Part shown: in pieces, positions 11,965-22,177 of the stretch
Layout: each line of letters opens with the position of its first letter
How positions within the stretch are numbered: the first letter of the stretch is position 1
Assembly: GCA_046582655.1 (NCBI GenBank)
Contig: JAYGDX010000198.1
Span: 1-64,000, forward strand
Direction: 5' to 3'
DNA: 64,000 nt
From: Candidatus Poribacteria bacterium
GTDB taxonomy: Bacteria > Poribacteria > WGA-4E > UBA9662
Notes under the pieces: model-generated
What the model was told of the DNA's origin: nothing
The model's database searches: none
Seen by the model: only the letters and a program-made list of their open reading frames with translations
Made by a program: the position numbers and the translations under genes

Positions 11965-12171
11965 ATGGAAACAAAAACAGGTAGTGTTAAATGGTTTAAT
12001 GATGCCAAAGGCTTCGGGTTTATCACTACTGATGACAATGAAGATGTCTTTATTCATCATTCTGAAATTCAAGGTGAAGGATTCAAATCACTTGAAGAAG
12101 ACCAGAGAGTCGAGTTTACAGTTGAAGAAACAGCTAAAGGTCTTCAAGCCAAAGGCTTGGTAAAACTCTAG
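11965..12171 (+). CDS. cspA: Cold-shock protein
   Basis: [35 protein letters not shown] (RNP1 and RNP2 motifs). Confidence 0.97.
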   Translation: METKTGSVKWFNDAKGFGFITTDDNEDVFIHHSEIQGEGFKSLEEDQRVEFTVEETAKGLQAKGLVKL

Positions 12172-12194
12172 CATTTTAAAGAGATTCAAGCACT

Positions 12195-12238
12195 AAAAGC
12201 GATCTCGGAAACACAAACCGAGGTCGCTTTTGTCTTTT
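12195..12238 (+). terminator. Rho-independent terminator after the csp gene
   Basis: aaaagcgatctcgg-aaacacaaa-ccgaggtcgctttt hairpin followed by gtctttt. Confidence 0.85.
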
Positions 12239-12364
12239 GACCTCTGATTCTTCTTCACTAGACTCATCGAACTCATCACCAGATGATTCTAGCCAATTAT
12301 GGTTGAAGGTAAACTGGGACTTAGTGATTAAATGTATGGTCCCATCTCCTTTCGTCTAACTTCT

Positions 12365-12390
12365 TGTCCTTAAGTTTTTAACTTAAATCA
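12365..12390. repeat. Dispersed palindrome, copy E
   Basis: tgtccttaagtttttaacttaaatca. Confidence 0.75.
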
Positions 12391-12408
12391 AAGCAGGCAG
12401 GAGGGAAT

Positions 12409-12627
12409 ATGACTAATACATCATCTGAGGTAATAACCTCTTTGAAAGATAAAATTAGAACATTTAACGAAAGGCAGATTGTCAATCTACTCTTGTTTGT
12501 TGGTGTGGTTCTTAATTTGCTGATCTGGCTTAGGCCTTTTTCACTTCCCCAAACACCCTTGTGGGAGTTTCTTCTCTACTTTCTAACTATCTTACTTTTT
12601 TCTAAGATTGTCAGCATTTTTTATTAA
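12409..12627 (+). CDS. Small two-TM membrane protein, possibly the truncated start of a decayed gene
   Basis: GGAGG RBS; two hydrophobic segments; further hydrophobic fragments follow to about 13100. Confidence 0.45.
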   Translation: MTNTSSEVITSLKDKIRTFNERQIVNLLLFVGVVLNLLIWLRPFSLPQTPLWEFLLYFLTILLFSKIVSIFY

Positions 12628-13265
12628 AGATCGACTAGTAATTATTGTATCCGAATTTCTGTCCGCAGGAATAAAAGCTCGAATGCAGTAACCTACTACT
12701 CAATTAGCCATTTCCTACTTTGGTTTTTTATTGCCCGGTACACCAAAGTTGGCTGGCTGATCAAAATTAAAGTAGGGGATATCTATTTTAATCTTAATGG
12801 GCTACAGATCAGGATTGTACATTAGAAATAGAAGCAAGAACTGAGATCTATATTATTTAACTCATAACCTTATTATTGATCTTAAATTGGAACTTCAATT
12901 CGAATCTAGGAATGAAGAAGCTTTCCCGATTTTAGTTTTTGATACTTGGTTTCTTATAGATACTCATCTTTTCAACAACCCCCCTAGCTCCTTAAGTTTT
13001 CTAGTTTCTACTTTTGGTCTCGCCTTGTTTTTAAAGCCGCTGATATTGTCAATCATACTTGGAGTAGTTATGTTGCTTCTTGTGATAGTGAAGTTTTAAT
13101 AATGAAGTAATGTCTTGGGGGAAGTAACAAAATGCCAATATGGTCTAAAGTCGCTGTTAGTATTGGTGGAACTTATGTTGATAGAGGGGTTTGGAATCAA
13201 GACGAATTAAGATACAGAGATAGCAAGTGGGAGTTACTTATTGATACTTAAATCAATGTACTTAA

Positions 13266-14319
13266 ACGCTTGGTGTGAATTAACCTAAATATCAGGCTGA
13301 ACTAATTGACCTGCCTAATAAGTCAGCGAAAGCCAGATTCGGTCGAGAAAGACTTCAGTTGAGCCAGATGCAGAAGTTATGCAGCGCAACCTTGGCTGCA
13401 ATTTGAGTCCGAACGCCAGAAATGCAGTGAGGATGTTTTCTATCAAGTCGAAAGGTATTGGCCAGTTTGTGGTTAACTGTCTCAACAATCTGCCGAATGG
13501 AAGCGACCCAACGTCTGAGCGACTTTGGCCATGGACGCAACGCATTTCTCTTGGATGGACAGATGACAGTAGCACCATACGCTGTTGTCCATCGGTGATG
13601 ATTTTCTTTTCCCTTGAATCCTTTATTGATTGGGTAATACAAGCCGAGTTTGGCCGTTCCAATCTCAGGAATTCTGAAGCCAATGATAATACCCTCAGAG
13701 GTGGAAGACAGGAGTAATTTCAATCCTCTGTACCACCCAAGCCGGTTGCTTTTGCCGATGTTGGCTTCTCCAACCAGCCAACTTTCTCCCCGTCGTTTGG
13801 CGTCCCGAACAACAACCGCGGTTGCATCTAGTGCTTCATAAAGCACATCATCGGTTCCCAGAGTCAATACCAAATGTTGGAAGAAGTCGCAGGCATTACC
13901 ATGGAGATGCTGAAACTGTGGGTTCAATTGCGGTCGAGAGGGTAAGTTGGGAAAAAACGGGATCAACTGTTGCTCTGCCAAGCGGTAGAAATCTCCTTCG
14001 CTACGGAATCGGCTCCACTGGCTAAAAATCAAGAGGGTAACGGCTTTGCTGTGGGTCAATTTCCCACTCGGACCTCTTCCAATTCCGATAGGTTGGGTTC
14101 TGATGGAGTCAATTGACCAAAACATACAGGGTTGTCAGAAACAGATCTATGGCTACCGTTTATCATCTCCTGCTGATAAGGTTATCCGTTAAAGCTGATT
14201 GAGATCTCAATCAACGACTAAGATATAGGTGCTATTTCTTCCGAAAGGTTTATTTTCTTCGATAAAGTGGGTTAACTCTATTAATCTATAAGGTTGCTAA
14301 AAAAACTCACACCAAGCGT
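13266..14319 (-). mobile_element. IS982-family-like insertion sequence (degenerate)
   Basis: Terminal inverted repeats acgcttggtgtga (13266-13278) and tcacaccaagcgt (14307-14319), flanked by TTAA on both sides; encloses a DDE transposase. Confidence 0.8.
13355..14165 (-). pseudogene. IS982-family DDE transposase, frameshifted and probably internally deleted
   Basis: Out-of-frame N-terminus DLFLTTLYVLV, then FPNLPSRPQLN, ALDATAV, GWYRGLKLLL, NKGF (second catalytic Asp lost), RQIVETVNHKL, KVALHNFCIWLN. Confidence 0.8.
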
Positions 14320-14367
14320 TTAAGTATAAGCACGTTTATATTTTTAAACTTATTAATGGAAAGGTTA

Positions 14368-15263
14368 TCATTCGACGTCAGCCACGCAACGAAACCCATC
14401 GTATCGACTCATGTTTTCTGGAGAATCATAGGTAACGTATCGATTGGCAAAACGAAGATTCTCTTTAGGGCTGATCCAGGAACCTCCACGAAGTACACGG
14501 TGCGATTTTATGCCTTTGTAATTTTTCATTATGTCATCAACGCTAGCATGTCCCGCCACTGGGTTTGATATTGGACTTCGAGTATAGAAATCCTGTTGCC
14601 ATTCATCCAAAAGCACCATTCCCAAACATTGCCTGCTATATCATAAATCCCATAGCTGTTAGGATCAAAACTACCAATAGGTGCAGTTTCCTCATCCCAT
14701 CTATCGCGCCCTCCTGTTCCAAGATAGTTAGCGTTATCGTTAGTAATCTCGTTTCCCCATGGATAACGGTTGTTCATCAAACCTCCACGGGCTGAATATT
14801 CCCATTCTGCTTTCGTCGGTAGTCGTTTGCCTGCCCACTTAGTATAAGTTACAGCATCATACCAACTGACGTAAACTATTGGATGGTGATCCGTTGGTGA
14901 TATCTCAGAAACTTCTGCCCAGTATTTTTCCAGTGATTTTTCATAATTAGCAACTGCGGATGGTGTATAATCGGCATCATCAATAAACTTTTTGAATTGT
15001 CTGACTGTAACTTCGTGTACATCAATGTAAAAAGCATCAAGTTTAATAGTATGAATGGGACGGGAATGCTCCATTAAAATATCAGGTTCATTATTGGAAT
15101 TGCCCATTTCGAAATTACTGGCTGGTAACAGTATCATTCTAGATCCATCCTTCACCCAAGTTATTTCTCGTGTTGGATATTTTATCTCACTAGGTTCTTC
15201 ATCATTGCTACATCCAATAAAAAGCAATCTCATTGCCATCAACACGATGATATTCTTGAGCAT
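14368..15263 (-). pseudogene. Formylglycine-generating-enzyme (SUMF1/FGE-sulfatase) domain lipoprotein, one frameshift
   Basis: Lipobox-like FIGC, FYIDVHEVT, KRLPTKAEWEYSARGG, GNVWEWC; shifts in a T run near 14610 into LDEW..RVLRGGSW..GFRCV. Confidence 0.85.
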
Positions 15264-15303
15264 GCTATTTACTGATCTTTCGTTGTAAGTGCTTTATTCA
15301 GGT

Positions 15304-15329
15304 TGTATTTCAGTTTTAACTTAAATGCA
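15304..15329. repeat. Dispersed palindrome, copy F
   Basis: tgtatttcagttttaacttaaatgca; 24/26 match, symmetry extends to gt...ac. Confidence 0.85.
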
Positions 15330-15544
15330 ACTTTAAGCTGATCAATAGAATCAACTGTTGTGCTTGCTGCTTTATCAATCAATACGTCACTTTCATACAA
15401 CCTGAATTTACTTCTCATTCTTCCTTTTCCCACACACAATACATCTTTTTTGTTTTCTTCCGCTTTTAATCTAAAGTTTCTTCCTTAATTTGCCAATATA
15501 CAATCAATTTGGTTGAGAATTGACTTGAACTTAACCTAATTTAA

Positions 15545-15786
15545 AATGGTTATTGATGAAGCATGCAGTCAAAGACACCTTCTTTACACCATCGAGCGAA
15601 ACGTTTGCAGACGCTGTTACGATTGCCACAGGGTTGGAGAAGAAGTCGACGTTGCGAGCCATCGACAAGATGGCTTCAATCAAACGCTGTCAGTCATCAG
15701 AGTTTTCGAGGTAAAGTTGGCGACGACTAGTGAGAAACTTGTAGAATTTTCGACCATTGATTTTCTAATAATTCTATTCTTGACAT
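15545..15786 (-). mobile_element. IS5-family transposase N-terminal remnant (DUF4096-like)
   Basis: Minus-strand fragments MSRIELLENQWSKIL, RLIEAILSMAR, VCKRFARWCKEGVFD. Confidence 0.7.
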
Positions 15787-15887
15787 TTTGGTGTTGTACC
15801 ACATTTTTTCTTAACTTTTGTCTGTCAAAAAATATAGCACAGTGGATTTAGACAGACAAGTGCAGAATTTGCTTCCTGCCGTCTTCC

Positions 15888-15916
15888 TTGACAGTTTGAT
15901 ACCGCGATGCTATGAT
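15888..15916 (+). promoter_or_regulatory. Sigma-70-type promoter of the tldD/tldE operon
   Basis: TTGACA, 17 bp, TATGAT with extended TG. Confidence 0.75.
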
Positions 15917-15945
15917 TGATAATCTCTAAAAGGAGAGCTTTATTC

Positions 15946-17385
15946 ATGAACGAGTTGGCTCAAGTGGCAATGGATGCTGCTCATCGGTTAGGAGCAGAAT
16001 ACGCCGATATTCGTATCGCAAATTACAAACGTCAATTGCTCAATGCTGAAGATAAACGTGTCAATAATATTACCGACAGCGAAAATGTCGGATTTGGTGT
16101 CCGTGTTGTTGCTAAAGGGGCATGGGGATTTGCTGGAAGCAGTGAGATTAATCGCGAGGAAATCCAACGAATTACCAAACTGGCAATAGTCATTGCCAAT
16201 GCGAGCGCGACCACACTCCAGAAACCAGTACGTCTGATACCGGAACCTACTCATCAAGAAACATTTACCACACCGTATCAGATTGATCCATTCTCAGTAG
16301 GAATTGATCAAAAGATTGGTCTGCTACTAGAAATCAATCGTTCGCTCTTGAGACACAAAGGAATTCAAAAAGCCGAGGCATTAATGGATCTGCGGAAGGA
16401 GGAGCGTTTTTTTGCCAATACTGAAGGTTCTATCTTACAGAGTTTGGTTTTCACTGCTTCAGCAAGATATCAGGCAACTGCCGTCGGCAAAGGGGATGCC
16501 AAAAGTCGTATTTACGCACCTCCGCCGCGTACCATGGGTTACGAAAACATTGATATTGACGATTTGCTGGCAAACACTGATCGAGTCGCACAACAAGCTA
16601 TCGAACACCTTCAGGCAGTTGATTGTCCTGTAGGTAAGAAGGATCTTATCCTCGATCCACTCAATCTTGCGCTGACAATACACGAATCAGTCGGTCATGC
16701 CACGGAACTGGATCGGGTTCTTGGATATGAAGAGAGTCTAGCTGGTCGGAGTTTTGCCGTTCCTGATCTGTTGAACCGATTAGAGTATGGTTCTCCCATC
16801 GTAAATTTTGTGGCGGATAACACTCTTGCGAACGGATTAGCTACTCACGGTTTTGATGACGATGGTGTGCTGGGACAAAGATGGAATATTGTTAAGGATG
16901 GCTTGTTTGTTGGCTATGGTACCAGCCGAGAAGTGGCGGGAGAAATCAATCTGGATCGTAGTAATGGCGCTTGCCGTGCTTCCCACTGGAGCGGTATTCC
17001 TATCGTACGCATTCCCAACCTGAGTCTGGAGGCGGGGGAAAAGCAAATATCGCTAGATCAATTAATTAACGACACCAAAGATGGAATCTATATTGAGGGT
17101 ATGGGAAGTTTTAGTATTGATCAAATGCGTTGTAACTTCCAATTTGGGGGTGACGCTTTTTGGGAAGTTAAAAACGGTCAAATCACTAGAATGCTGAAAA
17201 ATGTGACTTACCAATCAATGACAACAGAATTTTGGAATGCTTGTGATGCCATTTGTGACCAACGGTTCTGGGTGCCGAACGGTGTCCAGAATTGTGGGAA
17301 AGGCGACCCCATGCAGATCTCTCAAATGACTCATGGTGCTGCTCCCGCCCGCTTTCGGGGAATCAGCGTTGGGTTAACGCAATGA
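15946..17385 (+). CDS. tldD: TldD metalloprotease subunit
   Basis: YADIRI, GFGVRV..GAWGFA, HESVGHATELDR (HExxxH), CGKGDPMQ..HGAAP; start moved to ATG 15946 behind AGGAG. Confidence 0.93.
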   Translation: MNELAQVAMDAAHRLGAEYADIRIANYKRQLLNAEDKRVNNITDSENVGFGVRVVAKGAWGFAGSSEINREEIQRITKLAIVIANASATTLQKPVRLIPEPTHQETFTTPYQIDPFSVGIDQKIGLLLEINRSLLRHKGIQKAEALMDLRKEERFFANTEGSILQSLVFTASARYQATAVGKGDAKSRIYAPPPRTMGYENIDIDDLLANTDRVAQQAIEHLQAVDCPVGKKDLILDPLNLALTIHESVGHATELDRVLGYEESLAGRSFAVPDLLNRLEYGSPIVNFVADNTLANGLATHGFDDDGVLGQRWNIVKDGLFVGYGTSREVAGEINLDRSNGACRASHWSGIPIVRIPNLSLEAGEKQISLDQLINDTKDGIYIEGMGSFSIDQMRCNFQFGGDAFWEVKNGQITRMLKNVTYQSMTTEFWNACDAICDQRFWVPNGVQNCGKGDPMQISQMTHGAAPARFRGISVGLTQ

Positions 17386-17421
17386 ATTGCTTAAGAACAA
17401 TCAGGTTATGAGGGAAACATA

Positions 17422-18708
17422 ATGGAACGTCAACAGGCTGAACATGTTCTATCTCAGACACTTGCTTTTAGGCAATCGGATCATCTTGAATTGTCGCTTC
17501 ACGGCGGTACTGAAACCAACACCCGATTTGCCAATAACACCATTACACAAAATACTGTTCAAAGGAACGTAACACTCCATGTCTCAGCCGCTTTCGGTCA
17601 AAAAGTTGGACATGCCAGTACCAACCGATTAGATTCGGATTCTCTTCAGGAAGTCGTCGGTCGGGCAGAACAGATCGCTACACACACGGAACTGGACACA
17701 GAATATTTACCACCTGTTGACCCTAGCGAATACATAGAGATTCCGGCATACGATGAAATCACAGCTAGGGTATCTCCTCAAATGCGGGCTGAGGCTGTGA
17801 AAGATGCTATCGAATTCTGCGAACGGCAAAAATTACAACTCGCTGGGCATTTTGCCACCGGGTATCAGTTCGATGCTATTGCCAATTCTCAGGGAATGAT
17901 CGGGTTCCATCGCCGCAGTACTGCCAATTATACCAATACTGTCATAACCTCCAGTAGTTCAGGCTGGGCGGAATCGGTGGGTGAAACCTTGGATCAGATT
18001 GACCCTAAGGAAACCGTTGAAATCGCTTGTCAGAAAGCATTAACTGGTCAGTTGCCTAAGGAGATTCCACCCGGAAAATATACGGTGGTTATGGCACCTT
18101 CGGCTGTTGCTGGACTGTTAAGCTATCTCTTTTATAGCATGGATGCCAAGGCCGCTGATGAAGGTCGAAGTGCCTTTTCTGAACGGGAAGGCAGGAAAAT
18201 TGGTACTGATCAGGTACAAATCTACAGTCAACCTCAGCACCCGGCATGTCCTGCGTCACCTTTTTTCAATAACGGTATTCCGACCGCAGACGTCTATTGG
18301 ATTCGACAGGGTATTCTGGAAAACCTTGCTTACAGTCGTTACTGGGCGCAACATACTGGTCATGCTTACACTGGTTCTCCAACAAATTTTATCATGGACG
18401 GAACAGATGTCTCTCTGAATGCATTGATCGCATCAGTTGATCAAGGGTTGCTTATCACTCGGTTTTGGTATATCCGATTTGTTGATCCAATGAAGTTGCT
18501 ACTCACCGGGATGACTCGCGATGGGCTTTTCTGGATTAAAAATGGTGCTATCCAGTATGGCGTCAAGAATCTGCGATTCAACGAGAGTCCACTCAACGTA
18601 ATAAACAATATAGAGATGTTTGGAAAATCCAAACGTGTCCACGGTTCTTCCTATGTTCCCTCCCTTAAAGTCAGGGATTTTACCTTCACCAGCGGAACAA
18701 GTTTTTAA
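17422..18708 (+). CDS. tldE: TldE/PmbA-family subunit
   Basis: TRFANNTITQN, IPPGKYTVVM, GLLITRFWYIR, TGMTRDG, KNLRFNES; no HExxxH; adjacent to tldD. Confidence 0.9.
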   Translation: MERQQAEHVLSQTLAFRQSDHLELSLHGGTETNTRFANNTITQNTVQRNVTLHVSAAFGQKVGHASTNRLDSDSLQEVVGRAEQIATHTELDTEYLPPVDPSEYIEIPAYDEITARVSPQMRAEAVKDAIEFCERQKLQLAGHFATGYQFDAIANSQGMIGFHRRSTANYTNTVITSSSSGWAESVGETLDQIDPKETVEIACQKALTGQLPKEIPPGKYTVVMAPSAVAGLLSYLFYSMDAKAADEGRSAFSEREGRKIGTDQVQIYSQPQHPACPASPFFNNGIPTADVYWIRQGILENLAYSRYWAQHTGHAYTGSPTNFIMDGTDVSLNALIASVDQGLLITRFWYIRFVDPMKLLLTGMTRDGLFWIKNGAIQYGVKNLRFNESPLNVINNIEMFGKSKRVHGSSYVPSLKVRDFTFTSGTSF

Positions 18709-18741
18709 TCTTAATTTATTTTCATGTTGAGAAAATAGGTA

Positions 18742-20688
18742 ATGCTGACTTTTTCATCATTGACTACAATAGTTTTTGGTGCACCTAAGGCAAACTCGCT
18801 AGAAATTAGTGATTGGCTTAAGCAATCAATCATTGCCCCGGGGCAAGTTAGAGCAGAAATTGGCGAATATATTCAAAAGCTGATTCCTCCACTCACTGTG
18901 CCGGATCGAATTACTTGGGAACGTCAGGTTTCAGAACTGCGACAGGAGATCCTGGAACAGGTAGTCTTTCGCGGAATACCACAAGAATGGGTTGATTGGA
19001 AAGCTGAAACCATATGGGGGGATACTCTGAAGATCGGTCCGGGATATCAAATCCGGAAATTACGCTATCATGCGCTACCGGGCTTGTGGATCCCCGCGTT
19101 ATTGTATGAACCGATTCAAAATCAAGAGAAAATTCCGGCAATTCTCAATGTCAATGGACATGTTGGTCCCCCCGGAAAATCCACTGATTACGAACAACTC
19201 CGGTGTATTAACTTGGCAAAAAAAGGAATCTTAGCCTTGCATCCTGAGTGGTTCTATTTTGGTGAGCTGGCTGGCGAGGATTACAGGCATAACCGCATGG
19301 CCTACCTTGATTTATGTGGTATGAGTGGGCTTTCAATCTTTTACTTGGCTATGCGAGGTGGTTTAGATGTTTTGTATGATTATCCGTCAACTGATCTAAA
19401 CCGTGTTGGTATGACAGGGTTGTCTGGAGGAGGCTGGCAAACCATCATACTGAGTGCCTTAGATAAAAGAATATCGCTTTCTGCTCCCAATGCAGGCTAT
19501 ATTGATCTGAAAAACCGTATCGATTACCGCTCCGATATTGGGGATCTAGAGCAGAACCCGACCGATTTGGTCTCCATTGCTGATTACACTTATTTGACAG
19601 GAATGCTGGCTCCGCGCCCTACTCTTTTACTCTATAATCAGAAAGACGACTGTTGCTTTGTGGCGGAACGGGCTAAATTAGCTGTTTATCATCCTGCGAT
19701 TCCATTTTACCATCTCTTTGAAAGGACAGCCGATTTTGTTTATTATGAGAACAAAAATCCGGGTACGCACAACTATGACCTTGATAATCGGGAACAATTC
19801 TATCGTTTTGTCAAACAGCACTACGCCCTGCTTGGTTCAACCGATGACGAAATTCCATCAGAGACGGAGCTGTTAACCGCCGAGCAGCTAACAGTTGGTC
19901 TCCCGGAGGGAAACGCGAATTTCTTCACACTAGCCGAAAATTGCTTGGATTCATTACCAAAATATCCAGTACCGACGACCAGCAATACTGAACGGCAACA
20001 ATGGCAAGAATCTGCCCGAAACCGGCTTCACCAAGTTCTACGTCTAGCACCTTTAGCTGATGGCGGAATTACGGCAGATCAACTTGTCCGACAGGCATCT
20101 ACGAACTCAGTGACTATTGAAGAATATCAACTGATGACCGCAGATCAATTGACTCTACCCATGCTGGTATTGTGTTTGGATCAACCACAAGATCAAGACA
20201 TTATCATCGCGGTGGCTGATGGAGGGCGAACTCAGATGGAGGATTGGATTCAAAGGCAAATTTCACTTGGAAGTATAGTGATTACAGTTGATCTGCTATT
20301 CATGGGAGAATCAATCCCGACAGGAATCTCTCCGTGGCAATATGCTATGCTAATTGCTACGGTCGGACAAAGACCATTGGGAATTCAGGTTCGTCAGCTT
20401 CAAGCTCTTGTTGAATGGGTATGTCAAAAATATCAAATTTCTCAGGTCTCACTGCAGAGTCAGGGATGGAATTCGGGAATCGTTGCGCTGGCAACCAGTG
20501 GTTTAAGTCCGGGACGGATAAAGACGATTAATGCAACTGATGCACTTATTGATCTAAAGGTTTTGGTTAAACACCATCTTGATTATGAAGACTATCCTGC
20601 CCTGTTTTGCTTCGGGTTGCTGGAAGAATTTAATGTCCCTGAGTTAATGGCTTTGTCTAGTCTGGTGAAAATCCGGTATGTTCAATGA
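18742..20688 (+). CDS. Two-domain alpha/beta hydrolase (acetyl-xylan-esterase/carbohydrate-esterase-like)
   Basis: PAILNVNGH, nucleophile elbow MTGLSGGG, APRP, DDCCF, GTHNY; degenerate second hydrolase domain. Confidence 0.8.
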   Translation: MLTFSSLTTIVFGAPKANSLEISDWLKQSIIAPGQVRAEIGEYIQKLIPPLTVPDRITWERQVSELRQEILEQVVFRGIPQEWVDWKAETIWGDTLKIGPGYQIRKLRYHALPGLWIPALLYEPIQNQEKIPAILNVNGHVGPPGKSTDYEQLRCINLAKKGILALHPEWFYFGELAGEDYRHNRMAYLDLCGMSGLSIFYLAMRGGLDVLYDYPSTDLNRVGMTGLSGGGWQTIILSALDKRISLSAPNAGYIDLKNRIDYRSDIGDLEQNPTDLVSIADYTYLTGMLAPRPTLLLYNQKDDCCFVAERAKLAVYHPAIPFYHLFERTADFVYYENKNPGTHNYDLDNREQFYRFVKQHYALLGSTDDEIPSETELLTAEQLTVGLPEGNANFFTLAENCLDSLPKYPVPTTSNTERQQWQESARNRLHQVLRLAPLADGGITADQLVRQASTNSVTIEEYQLMTADQLTLPMLVLCLDQPQDQDIIIAVADGGRTQMEDWIQRQISLGSIVITVDLLFMGESIPTGISPWQYAMLIATVGQRPLGIQVRQLQALVEWVCQKYQISQVSLQSQGWNSGIVALATSGLSPGRIKTINATDALIDLKVLVKHHLDYEDYPALFCFGLLEEFNVPELMALSSLVKIRYVQ

Positions 20689-20723
20689 TAACGCTCATCG
20701 AAAATTGAATAGAAGAAAGAAAG

Positions 20724-21476
20724 ATGAGAATCTCTACCGAACAACAGCGTCAATTGGATGAACAAGGGTACATCGTCATTCCTGATGTGCTGTCAAACGC
20801 TGAAATAGACGTTTATCGGAAACGGCTGCTGGAATTAGCGGAACTGGAGAAGGAAGATAAAACTGCTAATCTGCATACAGAAAACAAGGGCCAATTAGTC
20901 CGATGGCTGGTGAATAAAGGTGAGCTGTTTGAGAAGTTGGTTGCTCATCCGAAAGTTGTACCTTACTTTGAGTACATGCTTGGATCGGATTACACACTGA
21001 GCACCTTAACTTCAAATATCATTTCTCCTGAAGCCAAAGATGGTCCTTATCATGTCGATAACGCACTAGGACAGATGCCGGAACCGCTTCCTAGGTTTCC
21101 CCTGTTTGTTAATTCCCTGTGGCTTTTAAATGATTTTACTCCTGAGAATGGAGGCACCCGTTTTGTACCAACTAGCCATCGCCGGTTGAAAAAACCACCT
21201 TCAGACTTAATGAACGATCCAGAAGAAATGCGCCTTGCCGCCAAAAAAGGATCTGTTTTTCTTTTCAACGGAGCAATATGGCACGCAGCGGGTGCCAATC
21301 AAACAACTGAACCGAGAATTGCACTGATCTGTTTCTGCTGTCGTTCATTTCTCAAGCAGATGTTCGACTTCGTACATTATCTCAAGCCGGAAGTAATCGA
21401 TCGGGCAACCCCCGAAATGTATCGAATCTACGGCTTCGATTCCCAACCAAAACCGCCTGACACACCGGGAGATTAA
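20724..21476 (+). CDS. PhyH-family dioxygenase
   Basis: EQGYIVIPDVL, YHVD, NGGTRFVPTSH, WHAAGAN..R. Confidence 0.92.
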   Translation: MRISTEQQRQLDEQGYIVIPDVLSNAEIDVYRKRLLELAELEKEDKTANLHTENKGQLVRWLVNKGELFEKLVAHPKVVPYFEYMLGSDYTLSTLTSNIISPEAKDGPYHVDNALGQMPEPLPRFPLFVNSLWLLNDFTPENGGTRFVPTSHRRLKKPPSDLMNDPEEMRLAAKKGSVFLFNGAIWHAAGANQTTEPRIALICFCCRSFLKQMFDFVHYLKPEVIDRATPEMYRIYGFDSQPKPPDTPGD

Positions 21477-21568
21477 TACCGAAAAGGAATTTAGAAACCT
21501 TAGATAGATAATGTACTGAGAGATTATCTTGGGTTTGGAGGACACCGGAAACGAACTAAGGAGAACCC

Positions 21569-21958
21569 ATGAAAAGAGCGATTTTGGTTTTTACGCTGAT
21601 TCTATCAAGTCTCAGTATTGTTTGGGTAAGCGGGAAAATTGTTAAACATCCTGCTAACGAACCTTATGCGCCAACACAGATGGAGTGGTTTTTAATGGAA
21701 CTGAAAACATCCTTACCCAACAAATTTGATAATATCGATATCATGTTTCGTCAAGATCCTGACTACCTAGAAAAGGTTCAGGTAATTTTCCTGCATGATT
21801 CCAATGACACTTATCAAAAGCTAAAATTACTTGGAGATAAGTATTCACAGAGCATTTTAACGCGTGCCAAGCTGCATGAGTGGAATTGGGTTAAGGTGAA
21901 ATTGGTTTATCAAGACAAACAGAAGAAGGCTCAAAACAAGACCCTTATTTTAAAGTAA
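21569..21958 (+). CDS. Hypothetical exported or membrane-anchored protein
   Basis: AAGGAG RBS; N-terminal signal-like segment. Confidence 0.7.
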   Translation: MKRAILVFTLILSSLSIVWVSGKIVKHPANEPYAPTQMEWFLMELKTSLPNKFDNIDIMFRQDPDYLEKVQVIFLHDSNDTYQKLKLLGDKYSQSILTRAKLHEWNWVKVKLVYQDKQKKAQNKTLILK

Positions 21959-22077
21959 ATCTGGCATAAGAAATTAGAATTCAGAATTCAGTTATCATAG
22001 ATTTTACCATTGGGATTTTTGTTTATATCATTTAGTTTGTTATTCAAAAATAAACTGATTATTCTAAAACATTTCCA

Positions 22078-22106
22078 TTGACGGAAAAGACATAAATCGG
22101 TAGAAT
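22078..22106 (+). promoter_or_regulatory. Sigma-70-type promoter
   Basis: TTGACG, 17 bp, TAGAAT. Confidence 0.7.
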
Positions 22107-22177
22107 GAGCGATTATTATCGAGCTTACGGATTGAGTGGTAAACGCTGCTCATTATAGGAAAACCTAGGAGAAAATA

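Noticed and set aside
15546..15851. Plus-strand 101-aa Cys-rich ORF as a RiPP precursor for TldD/E
   Set aside because: It is the antisense shadow of an IS5 transposase remnant and lies upstream of the tldD promoter.
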